Origin: Podarcis erhardii
Taxonomy: Eukaryota
Length of the DNA stretch: 64,000 nucleotides
Direction: 5' to 3' (one strand)
Assembly (NCBI GenBank): GCA_964252035.1
Contig: OZ176209.1
The translations under genes and the position numbers were made by a program. Of the stretch, positions 12,408-25,143 are shown in pieces (the stretch's first letter is position 1; each line of letters starts with the position of its first letter). The notes below the pieces were generated by a model. The model was given only the letters and a program-made list of their open reading frames with translations, had not been told where the DNA came from and did no database searches.

Positions 12408-12853
12408 CACAGGTTTTCAACCAGTGTGCCGTGGCACCCTGGGGTGCCTTGAATGATGGTCAGGGGTGCCACGGCCAACACTGGTCTCTGTCCCTCTTTC
12501 CTTCCCTCCCTCTTCTGATGCCCTTTCATGTCTTGCACAGTTGTTTGTTGCAGCAGCCCTGGCTACAAGCTCCGCGGGCTACAAGCTCCTCTGGGGCTGG
12601 CCAGGGGGTGCTGGTTGCCAGGAGCTGAGGCAATTGAGAGACCAGGGGTGGCTACAGCAGCTCCCTGGAGGACTCCCAAGGAGAGGAGGCTGGGGGAACA
12701 CTCCACAAGGGAGGGTGTTTGAAAAAGGGTGAGGGGCTGCCAGCTTGGTAAGTGAGGGGTGGCATGCCTGGGTTCCTGAGCCCCACAGGGGTGTCGTAGA
12801 AAGGGTGTAGTTGGTCAAGGGAGCTGTGGACTCAAAAAGGTTGAAAATCTCTG
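12408..12853. mobile_element. hAT MITE, 446 bp, 8-bp TSD CACTAACC
   Basis: TSD at 12400-12407 and 12854-12861; TIRs cacaggttttcaacc / ggttgaaaatctctg. Confidence 0.85.
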
Positions 12854-12903
12854 CACTAACCCTATCTCCTTATCTCTCTACACCCCTTCCCTAATATCAC
12901 CTA

Positions 12904-13247
12904 AAAAGGTAAAGGGACCCCTGACCATTATGTCCACTCGTGACCGACTCTGGGGTTGCTGCGCTCATCTCGCTTTATTGGCCGAGGGAGCCGGCGTACA
13001 GCTTCCGGGTCATGTGGCCAGCATGACTAAGCCGCTTCTGGCGAACCAGAGCAGCGCATGGAAACACTACTTTCCCGCCGGAGCGGTACCTATTTATCTA
13101 GTTGCACTTTGACATGCTTTCAAACTGCAAGGTTGGCAGGAGCAGGGACCGAGCAACGGGAGCTCACCCCGTCATGGGGATTCGAACCGCCGACCTTCTG
13201 ATTGGCAACCCCCAGGCTCTGTGGTTTAACCCACAGCGCCACCTGTG
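12904..13247 (-). mobile_element. Full-length Sauria SINE with 16-bp TSD
   Basis: TSD tccctaatatcaccta at 12888-12903 and 13248-13263. Confidence 0.95.
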
Positions 13248-13930
13248 TCCCTAATATCACCTAGCTGTGTAGTAATCTGAAAAATTTGAACACTGCAATA
13301 ATCAGATCTCCAAACAGAATGTTTTGAAAGTTAACACACAGCTAAGTCAACATCAGATATCACAGGCATGCTGTCGCACATGATTTCCGGGGACGTGTGG
13401 CATTCCTTCAAATACGTATTGAGAAAATTCCGTATCTTGTTTGCAAATGTGTCTTCCGAGTGTGCGACTCGATTTACGATTATTACTTGTGCTGCAGCAA
13501 AATTGGTTGCATGGTTCCCCAGAAATGTTAAATAGTGTGAAGGGCCATTTATGTACATAATTCAAAAACAGAACAATAACAAATAAACAAGCGTGCGGGA
13601 AGGCAGAGAGATTTGTGGAAATAAAAGGATGGGTTTTAATCATATTCTTAGGCCTGGCAAGTTTCCTTATGAAGATGCTAGATCTCGCCTGCCATTCAGC
13701 TGCATCCAAGCGATGGCAGAAGGTGTCAGACTGACAGCTTGAGACACAGGGGAAGCCTAATCCCTCTCTTACTGTGGTTCGTACCAGTTTCAAATCTATT
13801 GGCCTGGATATGGCATCACAATACGTCGGGGGGAAACAGGCCAAGCTCCTAAAATTTAGCAACATGTAACACTGTGCTGCAGGAAAGAAGGGAGGAAGAT
13901 ACCCAGAGACGGGAAAGTCTACATAGCTAT

Positions 13931-14207
13931 CTTCTTTGGCGATCACTCGTAGCCAAGTAAGATTGTCTTCCATAAACACGGTTTTAACAATGAGTCCGTA
14001 AGTGACTGTGGAGGCCAATTCTGGAACCACACGTCCTTCCACAGTGGGGACATAGGTTTCCCAGCGGGAGTTGATCACGGTGTGGATTTGCCAAGCGTGC
14101 CTTCCTCTTAGCATGTTTCTCCCTTGCGTCTTGAGTTTGAGTGTCTTCAAAGACCATGACATCTTTGGTAAAGGCTGTTCTCCAATTGGAGTGCTTGCAG
14201 GCCAGTG
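13931..14207 (-). mobile_element. RTE-clade LINE 3' end, 5'-truncated, probable 8-bp TSD ATAGCTAT
   Basis: Reverse complement of 14597-14880; TSD at 13923-13930 and 14208-14215. Confidence 0.85.
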
Positions 14208-14289
14208 ATAGCTATAAGCTTTCAGCCACAGCCCAGCAATATACTCTAAGACTAGGGCCACATACTCACATACTTTAACCCAGTTAAAG

Positions 14290-14880
14290 CACTCATATCT
14301 GAGCAGGCTGAAAGCAAAGAGTAAGGTTACCGTAACTTCTGTTATAGAGCTTCAGTATGCTGATGACAAACTAATATTAGTGTACTTGAAGAAGCAAAGA
14401 TCACCAGTGTTGAAGCAATGATTCTTCAACATCATCTTCACTGGTCATGTTGTGCGGATGTCTGATGATCGTCTTCCAAAGCAACTACTCTATTCTGAAC
14501 TTAAAAATGGAAAGCACAATGCTGGTGGTCAACAAAAGAGGTTTAAAGACTGCCTCAATCTAAAAAACTGTAGTATAAACACCAACAATTGGGAAACACT
14601 TGCCTGCGAGTGCTCCAGTTGGAGAACAGCCTTTACCAAAGGTGTCATGGGCTTTGAAGACACTCGAACTCAGGATGCAGGGGAGAAATGTCCTAAGAGG
14701 AAGGCACACTTGGCAAATCCACACCATGATCAACTCCCGCCCGGAAACCAATGTCCCCACTGTGGAAGGACATGTGCATCCAGAATTGGCCTCCACAGTC
14801 ACTTACGGACTCACTGTTAAAACCATGTTTATGGAAGACAATCTTACTCAGCTACAAGTGATCGCAAATGAGGAAGAAGA
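14290..14880 (+). mobile_element. RTE-clade LINE 3' portion with internal deletion
   Basis: LSRLKAKSKVTVTSVIELQYADD (RT motif) joined to ..RMSDDRLPKQLLYSELKNG..CPHCGRTCASRIGLHSHLRTHC (C2H2), with a (GAA)n tail. Confidence 0.88.
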
Positions 14881-15429
14881 TATAGTTCTTTAATAGCAAT
14901 TTCTTCCACTAAAGCAGAGGTTCTCAATCTTATTTGGCCTAATGCCCCCTTTTCAGAAAAACAACAACAATGACTCAGCACTCACTGTCTCTCAGCCTAA
15001 CCTACCTCAGTAGGTTGTTCGGAGGATGGAATCAGGGGACAGGGAAATAGGTCTTGAGCTCCTTAGAGGGAAAGGTGATAAATAAAAGTGAGAAATAACA
15101 TCAAAATAAAAATGGCTGGTAGGTACACAGGACAGAGCCTTCTCTGCTTTGGCACCCACACTATGGTATAAATTAGGAGTGGTGAACCTGCAGCCCTCCA
15201 GCTGTTGTTGGAATCCATTTCCCATCATTCCTGGCCATATGATAATGGATAGTGTGAGATTGAGTCCAGGCCCAGCAGTATCTGGAGGGCCTCAGTGCAA
15301 GAAGTTTTGCTTTATCTCTTGCATTTTGTGTATCATTTTGAATTATTTTTTTAAAAGATTTTGATTGTGTTCAATTATTGTTGGACATTTTGCTTTTAAG
15401 ATTTCCTCTTCTTCTTTTAAGTTTCATTC

Positions 15430-15473
<44 letters not shown>
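15430..15473. repeat. (TCTA)n microsatellite
   Basis: Seen directly. Confidence 0.97.
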
Positions 15474-17114
15474 GCTGCCCTCCCCCCGTGTTTTATTCAT
15501 TTGCATATTTTAATACCACTTTGTCACAGGGCCAAAGCAAAGCCTGTCTAAGCAGTCAACAAATGAAATCATCATTAAAACAGGTTAGAAGCCAAATGCA
15601 ACGTTCGCACTAACATTTTTTTGCAGCAATGGTGAAAGACACAACCGAAAGGCATAAAACAGCAGCACCTTTCTCAGTTAAAAGTGGACGTATATAGCCA
15701 GGTCTTTAGAGAGCCTGCTTGAAACCAGTCAACGAGGGGAGCCAATAAACAAGAAGTGTGCATTATTGCTTTAAAATTGTGAGCCACCCTGAGTTTCTTG
15801 GTGATACGATGTTTTAAACAAGCAAGCAAACAAATAAATCCATGTGTTGGCAAAAGCCAATGGGGTAGAATACCCCCACTTTAATATTATTATTATTTTT
15901 TTAAAAAAATGCTTTATATATAAAGAATCGAAGCCATCTATGCAAAAACTGAGAGGAGAGGAAAGTACATATACCCAAATCCATCTGATAATCAATCTCT
16001 ACCATGCGTGGGCACTCGCTAGCTGTGAGCAGTGGCAGTGTGACAAATATAGCAAAACCGAAAAATCAGGCTACAATAGAAGGGAGAGGGGAGGGGGGAT
16101 CTTTCATTGACCATCTGTGAAAACAAGGCATGTGGCCATTATATGCAGAGGCCATAAATAAGCACAAATGCTAAGAACCAAATGGCAAAAAAGGGAGTGA
16201 GAGCTAAGCTCAAAACAAATCAAAATGTTTAAGGCTGAAGAAAAAACAAGTCCGATCTTGGTACTATATCAACTTGACATCTATTTTCATATTTCTCTCT
16301 CTCTTTATTTAAGGGAAGAAGCTACAATGCAATGATGGGAGGAGAAGAGCAAAATTCTTTCCATACAGTAGCACTTTGGATAAACTGCCCGTTTTGATGT
16401 GAACAATCCAGTGAAGGCTGTTGACGGAAGGTACAGGATAGGTTTGACATTCGGCGTGATGGATGGGCGATGACATAAGACCCACACGCCCCTGCTGACG
16501 CGTTGTTGCAAAGATGTCTGGTAAGTGTGGGCGGCATTAATGTAAAGCAGATTGCACACTTCACCACAGCCCCTCTACCCAGATACAAATCCCACTGTCT
16601 GTTCGGACATCAGTTGCAGAAGGCAAAACCTCTCACTGAATGTCACCAAACTTTGTCTGAAGTGGGTTGGTTGTTTTTTTTTTTTTTAAGGCAAACTTTG
16701 GTGCTCCCACTCAGGCACATCTGGAGATAATGGTTGGTATTCTTCTAATGTGTCCCAGCAGTTATTGTGCGATGGGAATTTCCCCTCTCTCATGTGCCTT
16801 CCCCAGATCTGCTCCAGAAGGTTGGTGGAACCCATAGAGCACATTCATGGAGGGGGAGAAGCAGAGGACTTCTTGTTGTGCCACAGAAATCTTTGCACTG
16901 CTGGAACATTTGCTCTAGCACTATGATGAATCCAACCCAATGGAATAGAACCTCATGCATGTAAAGGATGTGCTCTACAACTGAGTGACAGCCTGCCCCC
17001 AACATTTTTCAGTAGAGTTTCGCACACTCTTGGCTTTGGGCTCTTGCCCACTGTGGGAGAAAAAGCAATACCCAATGCATGTTGTACTATGGATATTTGG
17101 ATAAGACTACCCCC

Positions 17115-17477
17115 GACGTGGGTGGCACTGTGGTCTAAACCACTGAGCCTAGGGCTTGCCAATCAGAAGGTCAGCAGTTCGAATCCCAGCGACGGGGTGA
17201 GCTCCCGTTGCTCAGTCCCAGCTCCTGCCAACCTAGCAGTTCGAAAGCACGTTAAAGTGCAAGTAGATAAATAGGTACCGCTCCGGAGGGAAGGTAAGCG
17301 GTGTTTCCATGCACTGCTCTGGTTTCACCAGAAGCAGCTTAGTCATGCTGGCCACATGACCTGGAAAAATTGTCTGCGGACAAACGCCGGCTCCCCTGGC
17401 CAGTAAAGCGAGATGAGCGCCGCAACCTCAGAGTCGTTCGCGACTGGACTTAACTGTCAGGGGTCCTTTACCTTTAC
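17115..17477 (+). mobile_element. Sauria SINE, long subtype with tgtctgcggacaaacg insert
   Basis: tRNA-like head with A/B boxes, BovB-like 3' end, (accttt)n tail. Confidence 0.93.
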
Positions 17478-17517
17478 AAAAAGCTCCGCACCAAAAATTA
17501 ACCCCCAAACTGCATTA

Positions 17518-18660
17518 CAGTGGAACCTCGAGTTACGTACCATCCTCCTTACAAACGCTTTGGGTAACGAGCTCTGCAAACCTGGGAGTAGATGGTCCAG
17601 GTTGCGAACTTTGCCCAGGGATGCGAGCGGAAGTTGCGTGCCAGTGGCGCAGCAGCAGCGTGAGGCCCCATTAGCGAAAACGCGCCTCATGTTAAGAATG
17701 GTTTCAGGTTAAAAACAGACCTCTGGGCTTCTTGCGAGAGAATATTATGAAAATGATATACAGGTGGTACATGACCCCAGTCAAGCTTGCAAAAATCTAT
17801 CATTTGCCCGATAATAAATGCTGGAAATGTAAAGAGACTGAAGGTACATTTTTTCACCTTTGGTGGACGTGCCCAAGGATTAAGGCTTTCTGGGAGATGA
17901 TATATAATGAAATGAAAAAGGTATTTAAATATACCTTCTCGAAGAAACCAGAGGCCTTTCTCCTGGGCATAGTCAGCCAATTGGTGCCAAAGAAGGATAG
18001 AACTTTCTTTATGTATGCTACAGCAGCAGCAAGAATACTCATCGCAAAGCATTGGAAGACACAAGACCTACCCACCTTGGAAGAATGGCAGATGCAAGTA
18101 ATGGACTACATGGAATTGGCGGAAATGACCGGCAGAATCCGAGACCACGGAGAAGAGTCGGTGGAAGAAGATTGGAAGAAATTTAAAATCTATCTACAGA
18201 AATACTGTAAAATTATTGAATGCTAACGACGTTGGAATGAAATGAAGTGGTTCTTGCAATAAGGAAAAATAAGAATATGTATGAAGGGATCAATATAAGA
18301 TGAAAATTTGAAATTAGAATATGTGAAGATAAATAATTAAGGTTAAATTAAGAGGGTATGAATTTGCTGAACAAATTTTTAAATGGAATACAAAAAAAGG
18401 GAGGTGTGAGGAAGTCAGGAAAATAAGTAAATGATTGGAAGATATCAGAAAGAGGGATTTTTATTTTTTTATTTTTTATTTTTATGTTAAATCTTGTTTT
18501 TTGTATTGTATCTGGATTTTCTGTATGTGATTTTTGTTAATTGTTTATTCTTTTTCTTCTTTTTGTTAAAAAACTTAATAAATATTATTTTAAAAAAAAA
18601 CAAACAAAAAAAAACCCAGACCTCCGGAATGAATTAAGTTAATGACTGGAGGTACCACTG
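17518..18660. mobile_element. Tigger/pogo-like MITE split by an L1 insertion
   Basis: TA + CAGTGGAACCTC at 17518 and GAGGTACCACTG ending at 18660; body matches 44577-44801. Confidence 0.85.
17724..18616 (+). mobile_element. 5'-truncated L1-clade LINE (ORF2 C-terminus, 3'UTR, poly(A)), 8-bp TSD CAGACCTC
   Basis: Open 164-aa frame with CWKC..GTFFHLWWTC zinc knuckle; TSD at 17716-17723 and 18617-18624. Confidence 0.92.
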
Positions 18661-19599
18661 TGTTTTATTCTGCTTCTAGCAAGTCATGGGGAGGAACATG
18701 GCCTCACTCCAGAATATCCCATGAGAAAAGGCCTTGGGAAACGGGAGGCTTAATGCTCTTTTACTCCCTTCCCAAAGACTGAAGCACTTTTTCTGCTCAA
18801 GAAGACGCTGCCCCGGCGTTTACTCTGCTCATCCCCATCCATCAGGCAGCCGGAGAGGCATCAGGAGAGCATGATGGATGCAAAATTATCACAGGGCTGC
18901 CACTCGATACACTTCCTGCCATTTGTAACTAGCGTTGGAGCTGACATGCTTTTTTCCATTATTAAACATCCACATTAAGTCAACATTGGTCACTGTCATT
19001 TCAAGTCTGGTACACTGTTTAAGGGGAAAGCGGAAGATGATGGAGTCTGAGGAGGATGAAGTGAGGAGTGGGAATTGAGAGGAGGGTGGAGGGAGAGGGG
19101 GAAAAATAAGCAATCTGGACCCTGTTCTCTTTAAACTCGCAGAAATAAAACCTGCCTTTGCTGTCGCAAAGAGATCTTTTTATCGCAGCTCTCCAGCCAA
19201 CAAGCATGGGCACAAGCCCTTTGAGAAAAGCAATGCTGCAAAGGGAACAGGAATAAAGGCCTGGGTTGAATAGTCAAGAAAATTATGAAATGTACATTTC
19301 TTGGGGGTGCATTCACTCCTGTGACTTCATTCTTTGAGGGGGGGGATTCCACTTACATGCTCCTGCTCCAAGCCCTCCCTCCAACAGCATCCCTTTGGTC
19401 AGCTCCCCCCCCCCCCCGTAACATTAAGGATAACTTGTTCTCTGGAATGTTGCCATCTCATGATGTTTACATGTTCTGTACCACTTCCTTGGATACTACG
19501 GGTGAATATTTAGACATATACAATGTGGTTACATTGCTACATGGTGCTAGTTGTACAACCAGGGGCAGCCTGTCCCGTTTCGCCGCCTGAGGCTCAGGA

Positions 19600-20015
19600 C
19601 CAAAATACTTCCAAGGACTGCCTCTCTCCATACAAATCAACTCAAACCCTGCACTCAGCATCTGAGGCCCTTGTCTATGCCACACACACACACCCCGCAG
19701 AAGAAGTCCAGAGGGTGGCAACACAAGACAGGGCCTTTTCTGTGGTGGCTCCCCAACTGTGGAATGCTCTTCCCAAGGTGTCTCACCTGGCACCATCATT
19801 ATATATCTTTAGGAGCCAGGCAAAAACTTTCCTCTATATATAAAACCAGGCCTTTAAGTATCTGTAGCCTTTTAGAAGTGGGCAGGGAGTTTTTAATGTA
19901 TCTCTCCCCCACTTAGTTTTATTATATCTATGTGAGTTTTGTTTGTTTGTTTGTTTGTAAGTCATTTTGGGTTGCCCTGGGCAAGATAAAATGCCCCCAA
20001 AATGTAATAAATAAT
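19600..20015 (+). mobile_element. L2 LINE 3' end, old
   Basis: QRVATQDRAFSVVAPQLWNALP peptide and AT-rich tail. Confidence 0.8.
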
Positions 20016-20476
20016 AATATTTTTTATTCATGTTTTCCTGTAAAATTTGCATTTGTGTACATCATTTTTGGTTGATGAACTATGGAACAGGATTCAAAGA
20101 AGTACAGATTTAAAAGCATAAGTTGTATTTTGGGATTTGGGCATCAGGTATGTACTGTACTGAGGTTCTGCCCCAGCTTTGGAATGCACAGTCTTGGCCA
20201 TATATAGCCTATTTGAATTTCACTCTACTCCAGGCCACGTGGAGAAGCAGATAATTCTTAACTTTACAGAGGTCAAGGTGATATATTTTTAATGGCTCCT
20301 AAGCATCATTCTCTCTGGATGTTAAACTGCACTATTGGAACAAAGCTTTTTCAAAAAGTTATTTTTGTTTAGATACAGAAAGTATCAAGCTATAATTAAC
20401 TGGAGGTGACAATTATAAATACAACTGTGTCCCCAGGTTTCCAAGAAACCAGAAAAATACACAAGCCGGGCACATG

Positions 20477-20519
<43 letters not shown>

Positions 20520-20999
20520 TGAAACTCTTCCAAGAAAAGTAAAGATATTTTAAAAATACACTTTATTGCCTTCTCAATTAAAATCTGAGCTGCATTCATT
20601 ATATGCGTGCACATAAAATGAAATTTATTTTCTCCTACCCGGGTAGGACTACTGATCACGGGAAGACACATTAGTCAAGACTTATTTACAGATCTCTTCT
20701 GGGGGGGGGGATATATACATATTTCTAGGTTGTTCATTTATCGTGGGTGGCGTTCCAGAAACAATTGCCTGGTGGAATATCATGGCCACATGGCTTTTCT
20801 TGATAATGTGTTGACGATTGTGATGGTAGCATTTGCAGTGGTGATTCATACAGTGACATCAGCATAGCTGGATATTTTGTAGTTTCAGAAGCAAACATGT
20901 CCATGTTCCCTGCCCACATGGTGCTAATAACAACTATAATAGTAATAAGGCCCATAGTTGCTGGCCAAGTCAGGTGAAAAGGGGTCTATAGTTCATCTT

Positions 21000-21549
21000 C
21001 TTGTTAAAGAAGGACCGAACATTTTTTATGTATGCAACAACGGCAGCAAGGATACTCATCGCTAAGAACTGGAAAACTCAAGATCTACCCACACTGGAAG
21101 AGTGGCAGATGCAGCTGATGGACTATATGCAATTGGCCGAGATGACTGGCAGAATCCGAGACCTGGGAGAAGAGAGGGTTGAAGAAGACTGGAAGAAATT
21201 TAAGATTTATCTACAAAAATATTGTAATTTGGTTGAATGTTAAGAAGGATGCTAGATCATAAATAACTGTCCACCACTGAATTAGATTTGAATTTGACGA
21301 TAAGTGAGATTAAGGAAAATATAAATTTTTTGGAGAACTGCTAGATTTTATTTAAGTGAGCGGATATAAGGTTCTAAACAAGATGATAATTTGCTTGAAA
21401 AAAAATTATAACGATGTAAGTGGGAGCGGGAGACGTGAGGGAGTCCAAAGAAGTGATGAAACTATGTTATGATATAAGTAATGTTGTTTATTATTTATGT
21501 ATTGTATTTAAAAACTTTAATAAATATTTATAAAATATATATATATATA
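21000..21549 (+). mobile_element. 5'-truncated L1-clade LINE with (AT)n tail, 13-bp TSD TATAGTTCATCTT
   Basis: 80-aa ORF2 end nearly identical to the 17724 copy; TSD at 20987-20999 and 21550-21562. Confidence 0.92.
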
Positions 21550-22317
21550 TATAGTTCATCTTGTCCCTGCTACCGGCAATAATTTAGTTGAGGCTTGAAC
21601 TGGTGGGACCATCTGCATGTGAACACTCCTCCATACACAGTTCCCCCTTTAGCCTCTGAAATTTCCCCTGCCCTGAAAGTTTGCCTCAAAATTCTCTCTG
21701 GAAAACTTTTGATCTGCCCTTACATCTCACCCCACAGCCTAAAAGATCACAGACTGAGTAAAGGCCACAAAGCTCAGCCCTACTCCCCTGAAGTAGAGGG
21801 CCTGCTGCCTGGCAGAAGTCACCAAGGGAAGACTTGCCTCCATCATGGACCAAAAAAGATTTCCAGTTACTTAGCCCTACCCTGCTTCCTTAAGAAGACG
21901 TAGGTGGAGACTCTGCCTAACATGATGCCTGGGAAGAGCAAGGATGAGGATAGGAAATACTGCCTGAATAATCCTGGTTCCAAATGGACACAGAATGGCC
22001 AGGTACCAGGCAAGATGGCAGGAACATTGGCACAGTGTGGGCACACCAGCAGAGTCAATCTGGCATTCCCGGTGGTGTATCCACACACAGACAATGCTCA
22101 CGTTGCATTGCACCTCCCCATCTTGATAAGCGGCCATGACTCTGTTGCTGGGATGTCAGCATGTATGGCGCCTGTATGAATACCATGGAACTTTCGTTCC
22201 TCTACTAGATCTGAGTGTGATTTCATTTTGAGAATCTTCTCTGAGGTGCTCTGAGAGCCTCTTGGGGCTATGGCCACACTCACACTAAACATCAGAAGCA
22301 CTATGATGCTACTTTAA

Positions 22318-22733
22318 CATGCATGGATCAAGGGTCGAGAAACCAAGCCATATGAGGAACGGTTGAAGGAGCTGGGAATTTTACCCTGGAAAAGAGGAGG
22401 CTGAGAGGAGATATGATATCTAAAGGGCTGTCACATGGAAGAGGGGACATGCTTGCTTCCTCCTGCTCTGGAGGCTAGACTTGAACCAATGGCTTCAAGT
22501 TACAAGAAACGAGATTCCATCTAAACATCAGGAAGAACGTTCTGATGGTAAGAGCTGTTCAACAGTGGAAGAGACTCCTTGGCAGGTGGTGGACTCTCTT
22601 TCCTTTTTAAAGGTTTTTAAGCAGAGCTAAAACCTTGGATAGCTATCTCTCATGGATGCCTTAGATTCCCACATTGCAGGGGGTTGGACTAGATGACCCT
22701 CATGGCCCCTTCCAACTCTACAATTCTATGATT
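22318..22733 (+). mobile_element. CR1 LINE 3' end
   Basis: gaggaacggttgaaggagctggg..aagaggaggctgagagg..ccttccaactctacaattctatgatt. Confidence 0.9.
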
Positions 22734-22734
22734 T

Positions 22735-22950
22735 CCCCAGAGAGTCTTGGGGACTGTAGATTGTCAAGAGTGCTGAGAGTTGTTAGGAGACCCCTATCCC
22801 CCTCGCCGAATTGCAATCCCCAGAGTTCCCTGGGAAAGGGGACTGACTGTTAAACCACTCTGCAATTTGAGGACCCTAACAACTCTCAACAAACTACAGT
22901 CCCCAGGATTCTTTGTGGTGTAAGCCATGGCTGTTAAAGCCAACATGACA
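22735..22950. mobile_element. Palindromic non-autonomous DNA element fragment; related piece at about 51440-51575
   Basis: Inverted arms cttggggactgtag / ctacagtccccagg. Confidence 0.55.
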
Positions 22951-23853
22951 GTTTTTAAAATGGATGGATATGGTCTTAACGAACAAGCAAGCAACAAGCT
23001 GGACTCATGTTTTTTGTGTGGGTTCCTTGGGAGTCCATGGAAACACCTCACCCATCCTTGCGAAGCTTTGCCGGTCTTACTGAAAGGCTGTTCGCTTCCC
23101 TCAGAATTCCTCAGATGTTCCTCAGAGCATTAGCCACCAAGTTTACCTCAGAGGTTTGCTGGGGTCGGGGATTTGGGGGGAGGGGAGGAATCTGGTGGCT
23201 GCTTGCCTCCTTTCAGCGCATAACACTGAAAGGGGATTGCTCTTCCCCACTCGGAGACGAAGGCATGCAAACGAGCAAAGGAGACGAGTTTGAGACGGAG
23301 CTTGACAACCGAAAAGTGGCAGACGAAAAGTGGACACAGATGAGGGCTGTAGCTCCTGTTACTTAATCAAAAAAGCTGAAGTGGAGTCACCAGGGCCGTC
23401 GCAAAGTCATGTGTTAGAACAACAGCTGATCTGTATTAAAGAAGATTAACTCACAGTGCCACGGCGGAGGGCCCTGGATTATTTTATGTACTTCCCTTGC
23501 CATACAAGCCGTCAGCACAATTACTGCCCTCCGAAGTGAATGACTGATCTGTAACCACAGCTAAACAGCAGGCTGCTTAGGGGCCTGGCCTGCTTCATGA
23601 AGATGGATTTCCATACCATCAAAGCGCTTTTAATGGGCTCCCTGATCCCGACCACAAGGCCCCGCTTTGCAAGTATATAGGAGTTGGGATGAAGGCTCCC
23701 TGTCCAAAAGGATTTGGTCGGTTGTCACTTGACAATTCCCAGCTAGCGCAAGGGAGGAGAGGGAGAGGGGGCCAGCGGAGGAGGAGGAGATAGGTAGACT
23801 TGTCTCTGCTTTGGAGGATTAAGAAGAAGAAGGAGAAGAGAGAGGGGAGTACA

Positions 23854-23993
23854 NNNNNNNNNNNNNNNNNNNNNNNNNNNNNNNNNNNNNNNNNNNNNNN
23901 NNNNNNNNNNNNNNNNNNNNNNNNNNNNNNNNNNNNNNNNNNNNNNNNNNNNNNNNNNNNNNNNNNNNNNNNNNNNNNNNNNNNNNNNNNNNN
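23854..23993. other. Assembly gap (140 N)
   Basis: Run of N. Confidence 1.
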
Positions 23994-25143
23994 TACATGG
24001 GGAGCAGAGAAAAGGAATTTCTGCTCCGAGCATCCTTTCAAGAATGCTTAAATATTTGAATATAAATTCCTTTGTGCTTGCGATCACTTCGTCTTATATC
24101 TGACACTCCATTTTCTCCCCGCGCAACACCACTCTCCCCACCTCCCTTGCTGGGGCTCTTCTATCTGTAGCACCATCAACACTCACTCTTCATTTGCAGC
24201 CCCCCCCACCTCACACCGCCCATGCTCTTGCCTCCCCCCACAACCAAAGCTGCCCTTTATTCCTCTAAAGCAGATCTTAGGTGGTGAGAGACGCCTATTA
24301 TGCCAAGCACTTTTTGTCCTCCAGAGTTCCTCTCTGGAAAATGCCCGAAATTGCAGCAATTTCCCCATATTTTACACTTGGGGGGGGGGCTTGCACACAG
24401 AGTACGTTCCACTTGTTGGGCTGCTGCACAGGGAGGTCATTGCTGAGCTCGCTGGGAGCATCAAAAAAGGGGAAGAGAGTTGGTTATTGGAGAATGAGGC
24501 ACTTTCCCCTCTGAAATCAAGAGGGGATTCTTCTCTCTCACCCACCACAAAAAGTGGGCCACACTACATTCATTGCTCAAGTTGTGTAATAAGAGAGGCC
24601 AGGGAATTTGTCCTGAAGTTACCCTCACAATGTGGTTTCCCCTCTAATCCTGTAAGTGTCTGGGATGGCAGTTAAGTAGGTTAGGAAGTCAGGGTCAAAA
24701 CTGAGATTGCGACAAATGCATGGCTTACACCAAACATGGCACCCACAGAGCCACTCCCACCCCTCCATTATATCTAGAAGAGCTTTTCAGTGTGTCGTGG
24801 CAACAGCACAACCTTCCATGACTCCCTGCTCACTGCCAGCCAATAACATGGAGCAGTGGCACACAAAATGCAGTGACAACACAGCCAGATGTTCTGCCAG
24901 ATGTTGGGGAAAGCTTAAGTGCAATTTTCATCGTCAGCTGCTGCTGCATGCTCAGGATGGCATCTTGCTTAGTTCTTACTGGTAAGAGAAGGCACTCTTT
25001 ACATGCTTAGGGGTACCCTTTTTATTACCACTTCACCTCCACAGGGATGAGTCCTCATGCTCAGAACAACTTCTGGGGCCAAGTCCAAGTCATTTTTAAC
25101 TAACCTTGCTGCACACTCTTACCGAGCCAGGAAAAGTACAAAA

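Noticed and set aside
13353-14261. 302-aa ORF, the longest in the track
   Set aside because: It reads an RTE 3' end in a non-coding frame and runs into unique intron; no coherent protein.
13931-14880. Twin-priming explanation for the RTE pair
   Set aside because: Both copies contain the same 3' end and the left one has its own TSD, so these are two insertions.
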